Source of the DNA: the human T2T-CHM13v2.0 reference genome, Homo sapiens
Length of the DNA: 64,000 nucleotides
Assembly (NCBI RefSeq): GCF_009914755.1
Contig: NC_060932.1
Reading direction: 5' to 3' (one strand)
This document shows positions 24,123 to 41,987 of the stretch, in pieces. Each line of letters starts with the position of its first letter. Position 1 is the stretch's first letter. The position numbers and the translations under genes are program-made. Below the pieces are notes generated by a model that had not been told where the DNA came from, ran no database searches, and worked only from the letters and a program-made list of their open reading frames with translations.

Positions 24123-27100
24123 AGCAGGAAGCAAAGAAGAAGAGGGTGATCATAAAGGGCAGGGGGATGGCAGGGACGGGGAGGCAGGGTGGTGAAGGAA
24201 GCTCAAGGGCTGGTTCCAGGGGAGGAACAAGGAAGAGAGAGGGTCAAAAGGGGAGGTTTGTTCTCTGTGACTCCGAGAAGGGCTATGTGGGTGAGCTCCA
24301 TAACTCCTGGGGTGCAGAAGGTTGCATGGAGGAAAGTCACGCCTCTGATGCCCCTACCTCCTTTTGAATTCCTTGGGATGGACATGTGAGCTGAAATGGC
24401 CACCAGCAAGGCTGCTTAAAAACACTTATTATATTTTTACTTTTTTCTGTCACAAAAGCATTGAGTGCACAAACATAAAAGGCTTCCACTTAAGATTTTG
24501 TTTGAATGTTTAAAAACAAAGAGTGAAATGCCACAATTTAATCCAGTGTTCTTATCTCATGAAAAAGGAAATGGGAGCACAGATTAAAAGACTAGTCTAA
24601 GGTCAGGAGAAAAACAGGTAGAAAGTTGAAGCCACAACCAAGACTTGGGGCTCCCAGTCCAGTGCTCCCTCCCCTACAGCCATATATCCCTCAGCTCCTG
24701 GGTTCCCATTGTTGGTGCCCACAGCCTCCTAAGTGAGGGGAGGCAACCCTTTGCTTTCCCTGGGTAACTTGTTGAGGCAGGGTAAGTTATTTACTTGGAT
24801 TCTGCAGCAGCACCACCCGGCTTTGAAAGCAACCAAACCCTCATCTTCCTGAGTTACTAGGCTCATCTGTACCCATAAGAGCCACAGCATAGGAGAATGT
24901 GACCTGGCTTCACCCGGGTTCCCACTGTCTTGTCACATCTGTTCTCTTGGCCTCCTCTTATGGACCCTGGAAAGACCTCTCCTGCTTGCCAGGTTGGGGC
25001 ATCCTGTTAGCTGGCTACCAGTTGGATTTTTCACAAGTTTGCCACGTTGCAGTGACAGGACTGTGTTGAGGCCCAGATGCCTCAGCATAAATAAATAACA
25101 CATCTGGGATGTGGAAGGGGTCCAACTGCATATTATAGAAGAAGCTGGGGTGGAAACAGAGCCAAAGGATACACATCTGGAAACAGTTAAGTCAGGAGTA
25201 AGTGGGGAGGAGGATGTAGTAGAAAAAGAGAGAAGAAAGGTTGAGGGGAAAGATCAAACTAGGAATTACTGTTGTCTGGAAGGATCTGAATTAAAATTGC
25301 TAAGAAACAGAACCATGGTTTATATAACAGCTGAATTAAGAGCATTCCTATAAAAATGATAGTTTATAATAATTGACCTCAATGCAGAGAGGCTGAGCAG
25401 GACCGAGCAGCTGGAATCCTGGACGTCTGATTGCTTTGGATGTAGCTAGGAGGGGTGGTTCCCTCCTAGCTATTTGAATCTATAAATGGCTTCGCAGTGA
25501 GCAGGGTGAAGGAGTTCAACCCTGCGCAGATGAGAACCCCAGGGCTCCCTGCCCAGGATCACCAGGCACTTGGGAGGCTTAGTGAGTTCCCAGGTTCCTG
25601 GGCAGCCTCCGCTTAACATGCCTGTTGTGAATATACAGAGCATTAAAGAGGAGGCCTGGGAAGAGGGGGACGTGCAGTGACACCGCTTCCTCCCAGCCAG
25701 AGACCCAAGCAGATGATTCACCTAGATGAATCAGGAATGGCTGCAGAGGGAACTGCTCACACCCATGCCCCCAGCCAGCAACCGAAAGCTACAGTGACAT
25801 CACTACACAGAGGACAGAAGTCTAAGTAACGGGGAACTTAGGACAAAAAGAAGAGAGAAAAAAATATCCTTTTCTCTCCCTCTCAATGGAATTCAAGTGT
25901 ATGGATTACCTTCTTAATGGATGGCCTGATTTAATCTCCTGGCATAAAAATATTCCAAATTAATCCATCATTAAGAGAAGACAGAATGCAGGCATTCCAA
26001 GCAAAACACAGAAGCACAGGGCAAGGCTTTTCTCATTTCTTCCAGCCCCCTTTCACTGAGTCTCTGTTTTATGACAGGTAATACAGGCTGGATCCTAAGA
26101 GAGGCTCCAGCTGACTTGGGGCTGAACTTTGATGGTGGTAAAATGTAGGCTTGTCATTGTTTAAATAAAAGCAGATGACTCAGCAAAATGGACCTACCAC
26201 CATGGCAACTTTTACACCTGGTTTGGTTGAGATTCCAGGTTTTCTACATGTGCAGGGAATCTGAAAGAATAAATGGCTTTCTTCGGGTCTTGGTTAGAAA
26301 CAGTTTCCAATTGGCGATAATTGTACTTTAGAGAACCCTCAAAATGATCAAACCATAATGCTACTCTCAAATACTAATCCTTAGTTTGTAGGTTCTCAGT
26401 ATTCTAGTGGAGGGGAGAAACCAGTCCATCTTCCAATATCATATGCCTTGTGATTCTGAAATCTTTTAATAAAACATAATTAGGGAATATGATTAGAACT
26501 TGGTATGATTCAGTTTTAGATCTGTGCGTAATATTAAAAGCTTTGTTCATTCAAGAAATATTTACTGAGTCTTCTAAGAGCCTGGCATTATGCTGGGAGC
26601 TGATGGGTACATTGCTGAATGAGACAGAGCCCCTGCTCTCAAGGAGCTTATAATCTGGCCACCAGAGTTTCTGCAACCATCGTAACAGTAAAAACACAGC
26701 TGTTAATTCTGTTCAAGTTAATTTTCCAGAGCACCAGTGAATTTGAGGGCAAAAGAAGGCTGCATAGCTCTACAAGTATTCCATCCTCAAAATAAAAATA
26801 GAACTATATTTAGAAAATCTTAATTTTGTGGCATTTCAAGAGCACAGAAACTACATAAAGAGAGATAAGCCAAAATTCTTTCTGTAGCCTGGTTATTAAT
26901 TTGCGGCTTAAAATCTGCTGCAGGAGACTCCAAACCAAAGTGATATTTTGTGGAAGAACTGGGGAGGTTGAAAATAATGGTTGAATATAACGTCTCCTAA
27001 AAGTATCTCCTTATTCAAAATCCACACAATTCAGGAGCAATTCTGACCAATGTGAGATAGTTTAGGTGCTGTTTACCAGCTAAAATGGCATTGCCATGTG

Positions 27101-27174
27101 GCCATAGCATAAACACCATTTATAATATATCCTGCCTGTCTGTTTGAAATTATATGATTTGGGGCTCATTGTTT

Positions 27175-27349
27175 GGTTAGTTTCGGGGTAAGCTGGATTT
27201 TTTCTGTTTGTTCCTCCAGATCCTTCTCTACTCTGCTCTGTATTCCCAGGAAGTCCATCTATATGGACTGCATCAACAGGTTCTCTAGCCTTCTGGCTTC
27301 CAGGAATGTTTCACCGATGGCTGGCACTTGCAAGAAATCAGGGAGATGG
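27175..27349 (+). mobile_element. ERVL LTR (LTR33-like), 5' part, split by the L1
   Basis: cagatccttctctactctgctctgt...atggactgcatcaacagg...ccttctggcttcc; continues after the L1 TSD. Confidence 0.5.
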
Positions 27350-28259
27350 GGTCGGAGGAGGAGCCAAGATGGCCGAATAGGAACAGGTCGGGTCTACAGC
27401 TCCCAGCGTGAGCGACGCAGAAGACGGGTGATTTCTGCATTTCCATCTGAGGTACCGGGTTCATCTCACCAGGGAGTGCCAGACAGTGGGCGCAGGCCGG
27501 TGGGTGCGCGCACCGTGCGCGAGCCGAAGCAGGGTGAGGCATTGCCTCACCTGGGAAGTGCAAGGGGTCAGGGAGTTCCCTTTCCGAGTCAAAGAAAGGG
27601 GTGACGGACGCACCTGGAAAATCGGGTCACTCCCACCCGAATACTGACCTTTTCAGACCGGCTTAAAAAACGGCGCACCACGAGACTATATCCCACACCT
27701 GGCTCAGAGGGTCCTACGCCCACGGAATCTCGCTGATTGCTAGCACAGCAGTCTGAGATCAAACTGCAAGGCGGCAGCGAGGCTGGGGGAGGGGCGCCCG
27801 CCATTGCCCAGGCTTGCTTAGGTAAACAAAGCAGCCTGGAAGCTCGAACTGGGTGGAGCCCACCACAGCTCAAGGAGGCCTGCCTGCCTCTGTAGGCTCC
27901 ACCTCTGGGGGCAGGGCACAGACAAACAAAAAGACAGCAGTAACCTCTGCAGACTTAAATGTCCCTGTCTGACAGCTTTGAAGAGAGCAGTGGTTCTCCC
28001 AGCACGCAGCTGGAGATCTGAGAACGGGCAGACTGCCTCCTCAAGTGGGTCCCTGACCCCTGACCCCCGAGCAGCCTAACTGGGAGGCACCCCCCAGCAG
28101 GGGCACACTGACACCTCACACGGCAGGGTATTCCAACAGACCTGCAGCTGAGGGTCCTGTCTGTTAGAAGGAAAACTAACAACCAGAAAGGACATCTACA
28201 CCAAAAACCCATCTGTACGTCACCATCATCAAAGACCAAAAGTAGATAAAACCACAAAG
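27350..28259. promoter_or_regulatory. L1 5'UTR with sense promoter (YY1 site 27366-27374) and antisense promoter
   Basis: AAGATGGCC YY1 motif intact; CpG-rich; standard L1PA 5'UTR architecture. Confidence 0.85.
27589..27804 (-). CDS. L1 antisense ORF0 (71 aa), intact
   Basis: MAGAPPPASLPPCSLISDCCASNQRDSVGVGPSEPGVGYSLVVRRFLSRSEKVSIRVGVTRFSRCVRHPFL, ATG at 27804. Confidence 0.85.
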   Translation of the reverse strand: MAGAPPPASLPPCSLISDCCASNQRDSVGVGPSEPGVGYSLVVRRFLSRSEKVSIRVGVTRFSRCVRHPFL

Positions 28260-29276
28260 ATGGGGAAAAAACAGAACAGAAAAACTGGAAACTCTAAAAC
28301 GCAGAGCGCCTCTCCTCCTCCAAAGGAACGCAGTTCCTCACCAGCAACGGAACAAAGCTGGATGGAGAATGACTTTGACGAGCTGAGAGAAGAAGGTTTC
28401 AGACGATCAAATTACTCTGAGCTACGGGAGGACATTCAAACCAAAGGCAAAGAAGTTGAAAACTTTGAAAAAAATTTAGAAGAATGTATAACTAGAATAA
28501 CCAATACAGAGAAGTGCTTAAAGGAGCTGATGGAGCTGAAAACCAAGGCTCGAGAACTACGTGAAGAATGCAGAAGCCGCAGGAGCCGATGCGATCAACT
28601 GGAAGAAAGGGTATCAGCAATGGAAGATGAAATGAATGAAATGAAGCGAGAAGGGAAGGTTAGAGAAAAAAGAATAAAAAGAAATGAGCAAAGCCTCCAA
28701 GAAATATGGGACTATGTGAAAAGACCAAATCTACGTCTGATTGGTGTACCTGAAAGTGATGCGGAGAATGGAACCAAGTTGGAAAACACTCTGCAGGATA
28801 TTATCCAGGAGAACTTCCCCAACCTAGCAAGGCAGGCCAACGTTCAGATTCAGGAAATACAGAGAACGCCACAAAGATACTCCTCAAGAAGAGCAACTCC
28901 AAGACACATAATTGTCAGATTCACCAAAGTTGAAATGAAGGAAAAAATGTTAAGGGCAGCCAGAGAGAAAGGTCGGGTTACCCTCAAAGGGAAGCCCATC
29001 AGACTAACAGCAGATCTCTCGGCAGAAACCCTACAAGCCAGAAGAGAGTGGGGGCCAATATTCAACATTCTTAAAGAAAAGAATTTTCAACCCAGAATTT
29101 CATATCCAGCCAAACTAAGCTTCATAAGTGAAGGAGAAATAAAATACTTTACAGACAAGCAAATGCTGAGAGATTTTGTCACCACCAGGCCTGCCCTAAA
29201 AGAGCTCCTGAAGGAAGCGCTAAACATGGAAAGGAACAACCGGTACCAGCCGCTGCAAAATCATGCCAAAATGTAA
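28260..29276 (+). CDS. L1 ORF1p (338 aa), open frame
   Basis: MGKKQNRKTG...NHAKM; REKG, ARR and YPAKLS motifs intact. Confidence 0.95.
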   Translation: MGKKQNRKTGNSKTQSASPPPKERSSSPATEQSWMENDFDELREEGFRRSNYSELREDIQTKGKEVENFEKNLEECITRITNTEKCLKELMELKTKARELREECRSRRSRCDQLEERVSAMEDEMNEMKREGKVREKRIKRNEQSLQEIWDYVKRPNLRLIGVPESDAENGTKLENTLQDIIQENFPNLARQANVQIQEIQRTPQRYSSRRATPRHIIVRFTKVEMKEKMLRAAREKGRVTLKGKPIRLTADLSAETLQARREWGPIFNILKEKNFQPRISYPAKLSFISEGEIKYFTDKQMLRDFVTTRPALKELLKEALNMERNNRYQPLQNHAKM

Positions 29277-29324
29277 AGACCATCGAGACTAGGAAGAAAC
29301 TGCATCAACTAACGAGCAAAATAA

Positions 29325-33167
<3,843 letters not shown>

Positions 33168-33429
33168 ACAATGAGATCACATGGACACAGGAAGGGGAAT
33201 ATCACACTCTGGGGACTGTTGTGGGGTGGGGGGAGGGGGGAGGGATAGCATTGGGAGATATACCTAATGCTAGATGACAAGTTAGTGGGTGCAGCGCACC
33301 AGCATGGCACATGTATACATATGTAACTAACCTGCACAATGTGCACATGTACCCTAAAACTTAAAGTATAATAAAAATAATAATAATAATAAAATAAAAT
33401 AAAAAAAAGAAAAGAAATCAGGGAGATGG

Positions 33430-33712
33430 AGGAGAGAGGTCAGGCTGTCTATGCCCAGGGCTCCCTCTCTGCCAAGTCACTGTGGGTCAGTTGCGTCTTG
33501 TCCAGAAGTCCCCAGCTTCTGTCAGGTGGCCCTCTTCACAACCACTCTCCCAGGGGCTCATTAATGACTCATTGCCTTGTCCTTTCAGAACTGAAGGGGG
33601 TACAAGTACTATTCCGTGTAGTTTCCCTACATCCTCCTCACACCTTTATAAACAGTCATTTTGTCCAATTAAAGTGTGCCATATATTTCCTGCTGGAACC
33701 ATGACAGATACA
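33430..33712 (+). mobile_element. ERVL LTR (LTR33-like), 3' part
   Basis: Ends ...gtgtgccatatatttcctgctggaaccatgacagataca, resembling the LTR33 terminus. Confidence 0.6.
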
Positions 33713-34584
33713 GGGGATTTCACATTATTTCAAGTGTTGTACCTAAAGGAAGGCTTTATTATTATTTTCATATTACAGGGTTTCAAATTTCCATAGTAAA
33801 ATTTGCATGAAAAAGCATTAATTTCAACAGATCCCCATGCCCATCTGTATCAGTAACGGTAGAAAATTGTTTACAATAACCTGCCTTAGATTTTCCTTTC
33901 TGGCTTAAACTATTCTCATTTATGACTTTGGGCTTTCCTTTTCCACTTTACTTAATTTAGCTTAAATAGTAGATGTAAGGTTGTCCAATAACTATTCCCT
34001 CCACCCTGGCTTCATTCATTCCTTGGCAAAAGGACAAACAGAGTTTACAGTGGACACATTAAGGCAATCATCCCTCTGCCTTTCTAGTCATTGGAAATCC
34101 ATTCTCAGGCAACGTAAGCTCTGAAATATTTAGAACAAGCATGTGACATCTCTCCTTCCACTGCAGCACAGGGTTTAATTTTTGTTTTGCTTGATTTCAT
34201 CATTGCAGCCCTTCTTGCTGGGTCACTGATTCAGCAGTATATGGTTTGGCTTCCACTACAGCTCAGCAAAGCCAAGGCACACAGTTTGGCCATGGGGCAA
34301 ATGGGTGTCTGTTACCAAAAGCTGTGGTACATCTGCTAATTTATGGGCATAACCCATCATTTCAGCATTTCCCACCTCCATCTGGAACTCCCCATCCATC
34401 CATTCATTCTTTTTCACTGATGCCATTTCCACTTCATCATTTGCAAGGAAATGCATTCTGGAAGCATAGTGGGAACGGGCAGGCAATAACTTCCTGAGAT
34501 GCATGTCCAAGGAACATACGTTTAAATGAAAAGGCAAGGATGGACAGTGACCCACCTTCGGATGGGCAGATGATCAGCATACTG

Positions 34585-35110
<526 letters not shown>

Positions 35111-35664
35111 AGCTTCCCTCCCTCTTAATTCTTTCAGATTAAGCACACCCTCTACCTTCCATTGCATGGTTACGACACATAGGAACAGAGAGAATTTTCC
35201 TTTTATTGCTATGTTTAGATTTGCTAATCACTTTTAGTCACATTTTCCTGTCCCATACAGACCTCAGCTCTACAAACCCACGATTATGAAAAAGGGCAGC
35301 GTCATAGGCACATAAGGTTTTCCCCTTTTAACCTCTTTTAAGTCATTGTTTTTGGGGTGAAGGGTTAGGCTGAGCTGTACTTCTCTGATGCCTCTCTCCG
35401 AATAATAAAAGGCCAGAAAAACACCATTTAGCCCATAAAACGACCTAGCAGCTAACCCTTCCGATTTTCCTATCTGCTTACAACTCCTCTATTGGAATTG
35501 TTTTTATTTTCTACTCCTTCCTTTCCTAAATCTATGAAATTCAAATTTAATTCCTCCGGTGAATAGATATCACTGAAGAATTTTAAGCAAAGAGATTTAG
35601 ACTTAGATCCTCAAAAGATCCTTCTGGGGGTGTATAAAGAATAGGGAGGGAGGGCTCATCTATC

Positions 35665-35800
35665 TCAGTGCTGATGGAACATTAACATGCATCTAATCAC
35701 TGTAAAAATGCAAGTCCTCATTTGCAGTAGGCTTGGGGTAGAGCCTGGAATTCTGCACTTCTAATCAATACTGCTGGTCCATGGGGTGTACTTGCGTTCC
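35665..35800. mobile_element. MER5-like hAT MITE, degenerate
   Basis: aaaaatgcaag...gcagtaggcttggggtagagcctggaattctgcacttctaa. Confidence 0.55.
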
Positions 35801-36414
35801 AAGGAGCCAAACCACCTAATAATACAAGCTCTGATAGTCCAAGTTCTGATTTAGGACCATTGCCCATATCTTGCCCCATATAACTCCTAGTATAGTGTTC
35901 ATTATAGTTAACATGTTTAATAATTGCTTTCTGACAATGCTGATGTCGATTGCTGACAGTCAAAAAATGAAGAGAAATTAAATTATTGAAAATGTGCCCG
36001 GAAGATTTCTAAATGCTTGGTTTTTGTTTGAGGGTAGAGAAAAATAACCCTGAGTTTACCTACCTTAGTTTAGGTTTTGCCAAACAATTCAACAATTTCA
36101 GATGAATTTTTCAGTTCAATAAAATAATGGGTCAATTCAGAAAAAAAAAAAAAAATTTGTCACTATGGTTCTCTGGTAGCACTGACAGGTTAACTTAATG
36201 CCCCTTGTAGAGAAGGACTGAGTGTCCGAATGCCTAAAGTCCTTTTCTCAGTCAACTCTTCTTCCTTTCCCTGGTCTGATGTGGAGACAAAGTCACTGGG
36301 GCTGCATTGCCCGTTCTGTCACTCACACTTCTCTAAGCCACTCAAATCACAAACGGTTTGCTTGTTCCGGCAAAGAGTGAACGATCTACCTCAGGGACCC
36401 TCATTTTCCCAGAT

Positions 36415-36586
36415 CAGAGGTTCTCAAAGTGAGGTCCTGCACCAGCAACATTAGCATTACCTGGGGACTTGGGAGAAATGCAAATTCTCAGCCTGGACTT
36501 CAGCCCTATTGGATCAGTGATTCCGGGATAGGCCCAGCACTCTGTGTTTTAACAAGCCCTCCAGCTGATCAAGTTAGAGAACTATT
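36415..36586. mobile_element. MER5A (hAT-Charlie)
   Basis: cagaggttctcaaagtgaggtcc...agaaatgcaaattctcag...gtgttttaacaagccctccag. Confidence 0.8.
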
Positions 36587-37079
36587 GCCCTCAACTTGGG
36601 TTTCCTGGTGGAGGAACTTCAGCTAAGCAACCCACCTGATAATTTTTCCCCACCATAAAGAGAAGATCTATGTATAATTGCTGAGTGCGCAAGAAGAGAT
36701 TAGACATTCTAAGCTTGGCACCTCCTGGGATCTCTGATTCTGATCTTCCTTTCCCCGGGGAGGATCCACTCTGCCTGCTTCCAGCCATACTGGAGGTGGT
36801 CTGCCCCACTAGGGGAGGCCTGTGTCTGTCCAACTGTGCCTGAGACAGGGTGCAGAAGTTTAATTCTAAGAAAAGTGTCAGGAGACCCACTGTGGATAAT
36901 GTTCACTTCTCCAGGGAACATTATCCATGATAAAGCTGATATGTGATCTCCATCTCTTTGCTTCCTGTGTGTTATTTCTCAAAGGATCCCAAATTTGGAA
37001 GGTGAAAAAGGATGCTCTTTATTGAACCTCTAAAACTCCAACATATTGTTGTCTGAATAAAAAAACCCACGAGAAATAA

Positions 37080-37310
37080 TAACAGTTAACACGATTTACT
37101 ATGTGCCTATTTTCTAAGCCTTCTCCATGTAGTAATTCACTTGTGTCCCCACAATTCTCTGAGAAACACCCTGTTATTATCATGACATTTTACAGATGAG
37201 GAAACTTTGGCAGGGAAAGATTTAAAAACTTGTCTGAGGTTTTGTAGTCTAGACCTGTGAGAACTGTGACTTAACCCCAGACAGTCTGGTCCCAGGGTCC
37301 TCCCTGCTAT
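37080..37310 (-). mobile_element. MIR SINE
   Basis: cattttacagatgaggaaact...ttaaccccagacagtctgg. Confidence 0.7.
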
Positions 37311-37424
37311 ATTGATGAGGATTGCTACTTTGGTTGAAAAGAATTGCTTCTTGGGGAGAAAATATCTCACGTAAGTGACTGAAGCCAAGAAGTCTTGATT
37401 CAAGGCTGGAAGCTTTGGGCTTTT

Positions 37425-37755
37425 TGACTTAGTCCATTCAGGCTGCTATAATAAGATACCATAAACTGGGTGGCTTATAAACAACAGAAATTTATTTCTC
37501 ACAGTTCTAGAGATGGGAAGTCCTAGATCAAGGTGCTGGCAGATTCAGTGTCTGGTGAGAGCTCAGTGTATTGTTCACAGATAGCCATCTTCTTGCTGTG
37601 TCTTCACATCATGAAGGATGAGGGAGCTCTCTAGGGCCTATTTTACAAGGGCACTGATCCCATTCATGGTGGCTCCACCTTCTAAAACTGTCACCTTGGG
37701 ATTAGGATTTCAACCAATGAATTTGGAGGGGACACAAACATTCAGATCATAGCAG
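37425..37755 (-). mobile_element. MaLR solo LTR (MLT1A-like)
   Basis: cttagtccattcaggctgctataa...aaacaacagaaatttatttctcacagttctag...gacacaaacattcagatcatagca. Confidence 0.85.
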
Positions 37756-37845
37756 CTTTGTAAGTGTTCAAGTAAAAAGAGAACATGCAAGTTTTTTAAC
37801 TTGGAAGTTAACAGCAGCCTTTGCTGTAGCTAGGGGACTGCCTCA

Positions 37846-38396
37846 TGTAGTATTCGCTTTCTATTGCGGCATAAAAAATTAACACAAACTTAGTGGCTTA
37901 AAACACCAAACATTTATTATCTCACCATTCCCGTGGTTCAGAAGTCCTGGCATAGCTATACTTGGTCCTTTGTTCAAGGCCTCACAGAGCCACAATCAAA
38001 GCATTGGCCAGGGCTGTGGTCTCATCAGAGGCTTAGAGTCCTCTTCCATGCTCACATGGTTGCTGGCAATATTCAGTTCCTCGTGGGCATATGACTGAGG
38101 CCCATGCTCCTAGAGGCTGCCCCTTTCTATAGGCCATTCATAGCAGGGCTGTTTGCTTTTCCTAGACTAGCAGGAGACTCTTGCTTTTAAGGCTTTCACT
38201 TGATTAAGTCAAGCCCACCCAGGATCATCTCCTTTTTGTTTAGTTCGAAGTCAACTGATTGAGAACCCAGTCACAGATGTGACATGACATCATATTCACA
38301 GGTACCTCCCACACTTCAGGGGTGAGGATTATACAGCTCATGTATACTAGGGGGCAGGAATTTGGGGGGCAGAACCTTAGAATTCTACCTACCACA
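37846..38396 (-). mobile_element. MaLR solo LTR (MLT1D/E/F-like)
   Basis: tgtagt...cacaaacttagtggcttaaaac...ttagaattctacctaccaca. Confidence 0.75.
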
Positions 38397-39967
38397 ATAA
38401 ACAATGACTGTGATGTCCTTTGAGGTTGTCTTTGGTGTGACCTTGCAGGAGCACTTTATGCCTGAGCAGGCATGGCTGCAGCAAGAATTTGATTTTAGGG
38501 AAAATAGAAACTTTTGGACTTACTCAAGAAATCCTAAAATCAACAGAGCTATAGTACACAAGCTGTTTGGACACTAGGGTATGAAACAATTGCTTTTCTG
38601 CTTATGTTACGTTTCTTAGACATTTCTAGAGGCGAGGCCTTTAAACTACAAAGGCAGCTATATTATTCCTGGATGCAGAGCACCAACGTTCATTTTATGC
38701 CAGTCATGCATAGACAGTGCTAAGTCAGCTACACAACATGCAGTTCTCCGTATGTTGTTTAGAACTGTATTCAGGCACAAGGGGGGGAAATGTGGAAATA
38801 GGTGGCAAATCCACAGACTCAACTCACCCACAAGCTTCAGTCTCCAGTTCGTTCTGAACTTGCTAACTACATACATTCTGGCCCTCACTTTACATTCCAG
38901 GGTCCTTAACTTTGGTGACACTCCAAAAGGGTAATAGATTTCACCAACAAATGTACCAATAGGAATAGGAGCCATCAATTTATAGAGAATATTCCAACTC
39001 TTTGGGTTTAAATAAAGAAAAACAGACCAAAAAAAAAATACCCTCAAAAAGCTCAGTGAAATTATTACAAACTCAAAGCTAAGAGAGCAATTTAGGCAGT
39101 CTGAGCCTGAAAGAGTGTTTCTGAAAGCAGATTTGTTCAGAAATTCAGGGAGGAACTGGAATGATTGTCCAAATATGCTTCTGTCTCACTATCTAAACAA
39201 GGGCAGAAAGAAAATTAAAGACAAATAAAAGCAGATGGGCTGAGTAAGCCTAGGGAAGAGAAAAATTTCCTTAAAAGAAAGATTGGACTTTAAAAGACAA
39301 GATAAATGGGTATAGAGGAGATAAAGAGGCACACCCAGCTCTAACTGCTCATAAAGAGAAGATTAAGAAGAAGATCCACCAATCTAACACAGCCAGCTGC
39401 AACAACCCCTCCTCTGCCCTCACCCTCAAGGGAATCCCTAGTTCGGGACCCCACTGGGAGGCATGCTCTTGCAGCTATAGGAAGAGAGTTCATCATGAGA
39501 GCAACTGCAGAAATCACACACGGGAGACTGCACTGCTCTGCCAGGTGATCACAGAAATTTTAGACAGATTGAAGAGGGAAAGATCCAACTAAAATATTCA
39601 AAAGAATTACTGGGTGAGTTTCAAGGTAGAACCATTATTGTAAGTAAAGGTGAAGTATTACCTCTGATCTAAAAGAAGATGCCGAGAAATCCATGGAATT
39701 TGGACAAAGAAAGCCCCAGTGAAGATGAGACCTTCTGAAAGGAAGCAAAGCAGGAAGAAAATAGTTGCAGGCCTCAGGTTACATATTGGTCTGATGGGAC
39801 TATACCTCCTAGGCTGGAGTATCCCATATATGGAAGTGAAGGTGGAAAACTTGTGTTTGAACAATGAATGCTGGGAAGATCCAGAAATCTTTGACTCCTT
39901 AGCTCTCAGCATGAAGAACCCCAGAGACAAAATCTAGAGGGGTATAAAAAAGACAAACACAATCCTA

Positions 39968-40283
<316 letters not shown>

Positions 40284-40373
40284 AACATTTTAAAGCTTTA
40301 GTTTGCTTTACAGGAGAGAAATAAGACCCTGAATTAGGCTTGGTGACTAGGGCTGCCACTGCTGTGAATTTCT

Positions 40374-40678
<305 letters not shown>

Positions 40679-41000
40679 TGTGAATTTCTAAATTTGGCAA
40701 GAAAGCAGGAACACATCAACATTCAGTCCCTAACGAAGAAAATGGTTTTCAGGTGTGGCTTCTACACTCGCCTCCAATATGGTTAACCAGTGCGATGTCA
40801 CCTCTTTATGGAAGATGTCTCCCAGCTGAGTTTAAATTAAAAGGTTATAGGCTATGGACAAGTATCTTAGATAGAATGGTTGGCATTTTGATAAAGATGA
40901 AACTGAAAATTCCTCTTTCTCATTGCCTCTGCTACAGTCTCCATGGCATTAAATCTAGACTTATGGGGATATAGTTTGGCCAGATATACCTGCTCTAGAA

Positions 41001-41331
41001 CATGGGTCCCCAACCCCCACGGTACTGGTCCATGGCCCGTGAGTAACCTGGTTGCACAGCAGAAAGTGAGTGGCATGAAGGTTGGGCGAGCATTACTGAC
41101 TGAACTCCGCCTCCTGTCAGATCAGTGGTGGCATTAGATTGTCACAGAAGTGTAAACTCTATTGTGAACTGTGCATGTGAGGGATCTAAGTTGCACACTC
41201 CTTATGATAATCTAATGCCTGACCTAAGGTGAACAGTTTCACCTCAAAACCATCCCCCACCACCACTATCCATGGAAAAATTGTCTTCCATGAAACCAGT
41301 CCCTGGTGCCAAAAAAGGTTGGGGACTGCTG
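41001..41331 (+). mobile_element. MER1B (hAT-Charlie) with 8-bp TSD
   Basis: TIRs catgggtccccaacc / ggttggggactgctg; TSD CTCTAGAA at 40993-41000 and 41332-41339. Confidence 0.88.
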
Positions 41332-41987
41332 CTCTAGAAGATGATAATTTGCTTATGGTCCTCTAGGAGGTGGTAATTTGTTCCAGAAGAAAATAATTGA
41401 TAATTTTGGGTATCCTATTAATTATTGGGACTTATTAAACTAAGAGACTTTGTGTTGAATTAATTCACTTCAAAGGCACCAAAGGAAACACACATCTTCC
41501 ACTCAAAGGAACTGTACACTCAGGCCCTGAGAATCCTCCTGGTCCAGCCTGAGCCAAACATGCCTGAGAATGGTTCCGGCCATCAGACCAAAGATGTCCC
41601 AGTAAACTTACAAATCACATCCTTGATGCCTTTCTCACCCCAGCTGTCCTCCAGCATCTCCTTCTCCTGCTCCTGACTCCCATCTCCCCAACTGCCATGC
41701 CCCACTCCCTCCCTCTTGTTCCCTCTCTGACAATGAGCCTTCTAGAGCCATGCTGTCCACTGTGATAGCCACACATGGCTATTAAGCTCTTGAAATGCAG
41801 CTCTTCAAAATTCAAATGTGCTGTAAGATTAAAATACATGCTGGATTTTGAGGACTTGGTATGAAAAGAAATAAAATATCTCAGTAGTTTTTGTAGTAAT
41901 TAGATGTTCAAATGATAATTTGGGGGGTTAAACATAACATACTAAAATTAATTTTATTTATTTCTTTTGCCATTTTTTTCTCTTTTA

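Noticed and set aside
36806-36817. CTCF-like CCACTAGGGGAG
   Set aside because: Mismatches at the conserved terminal GC; cannot be supported without ChIP data
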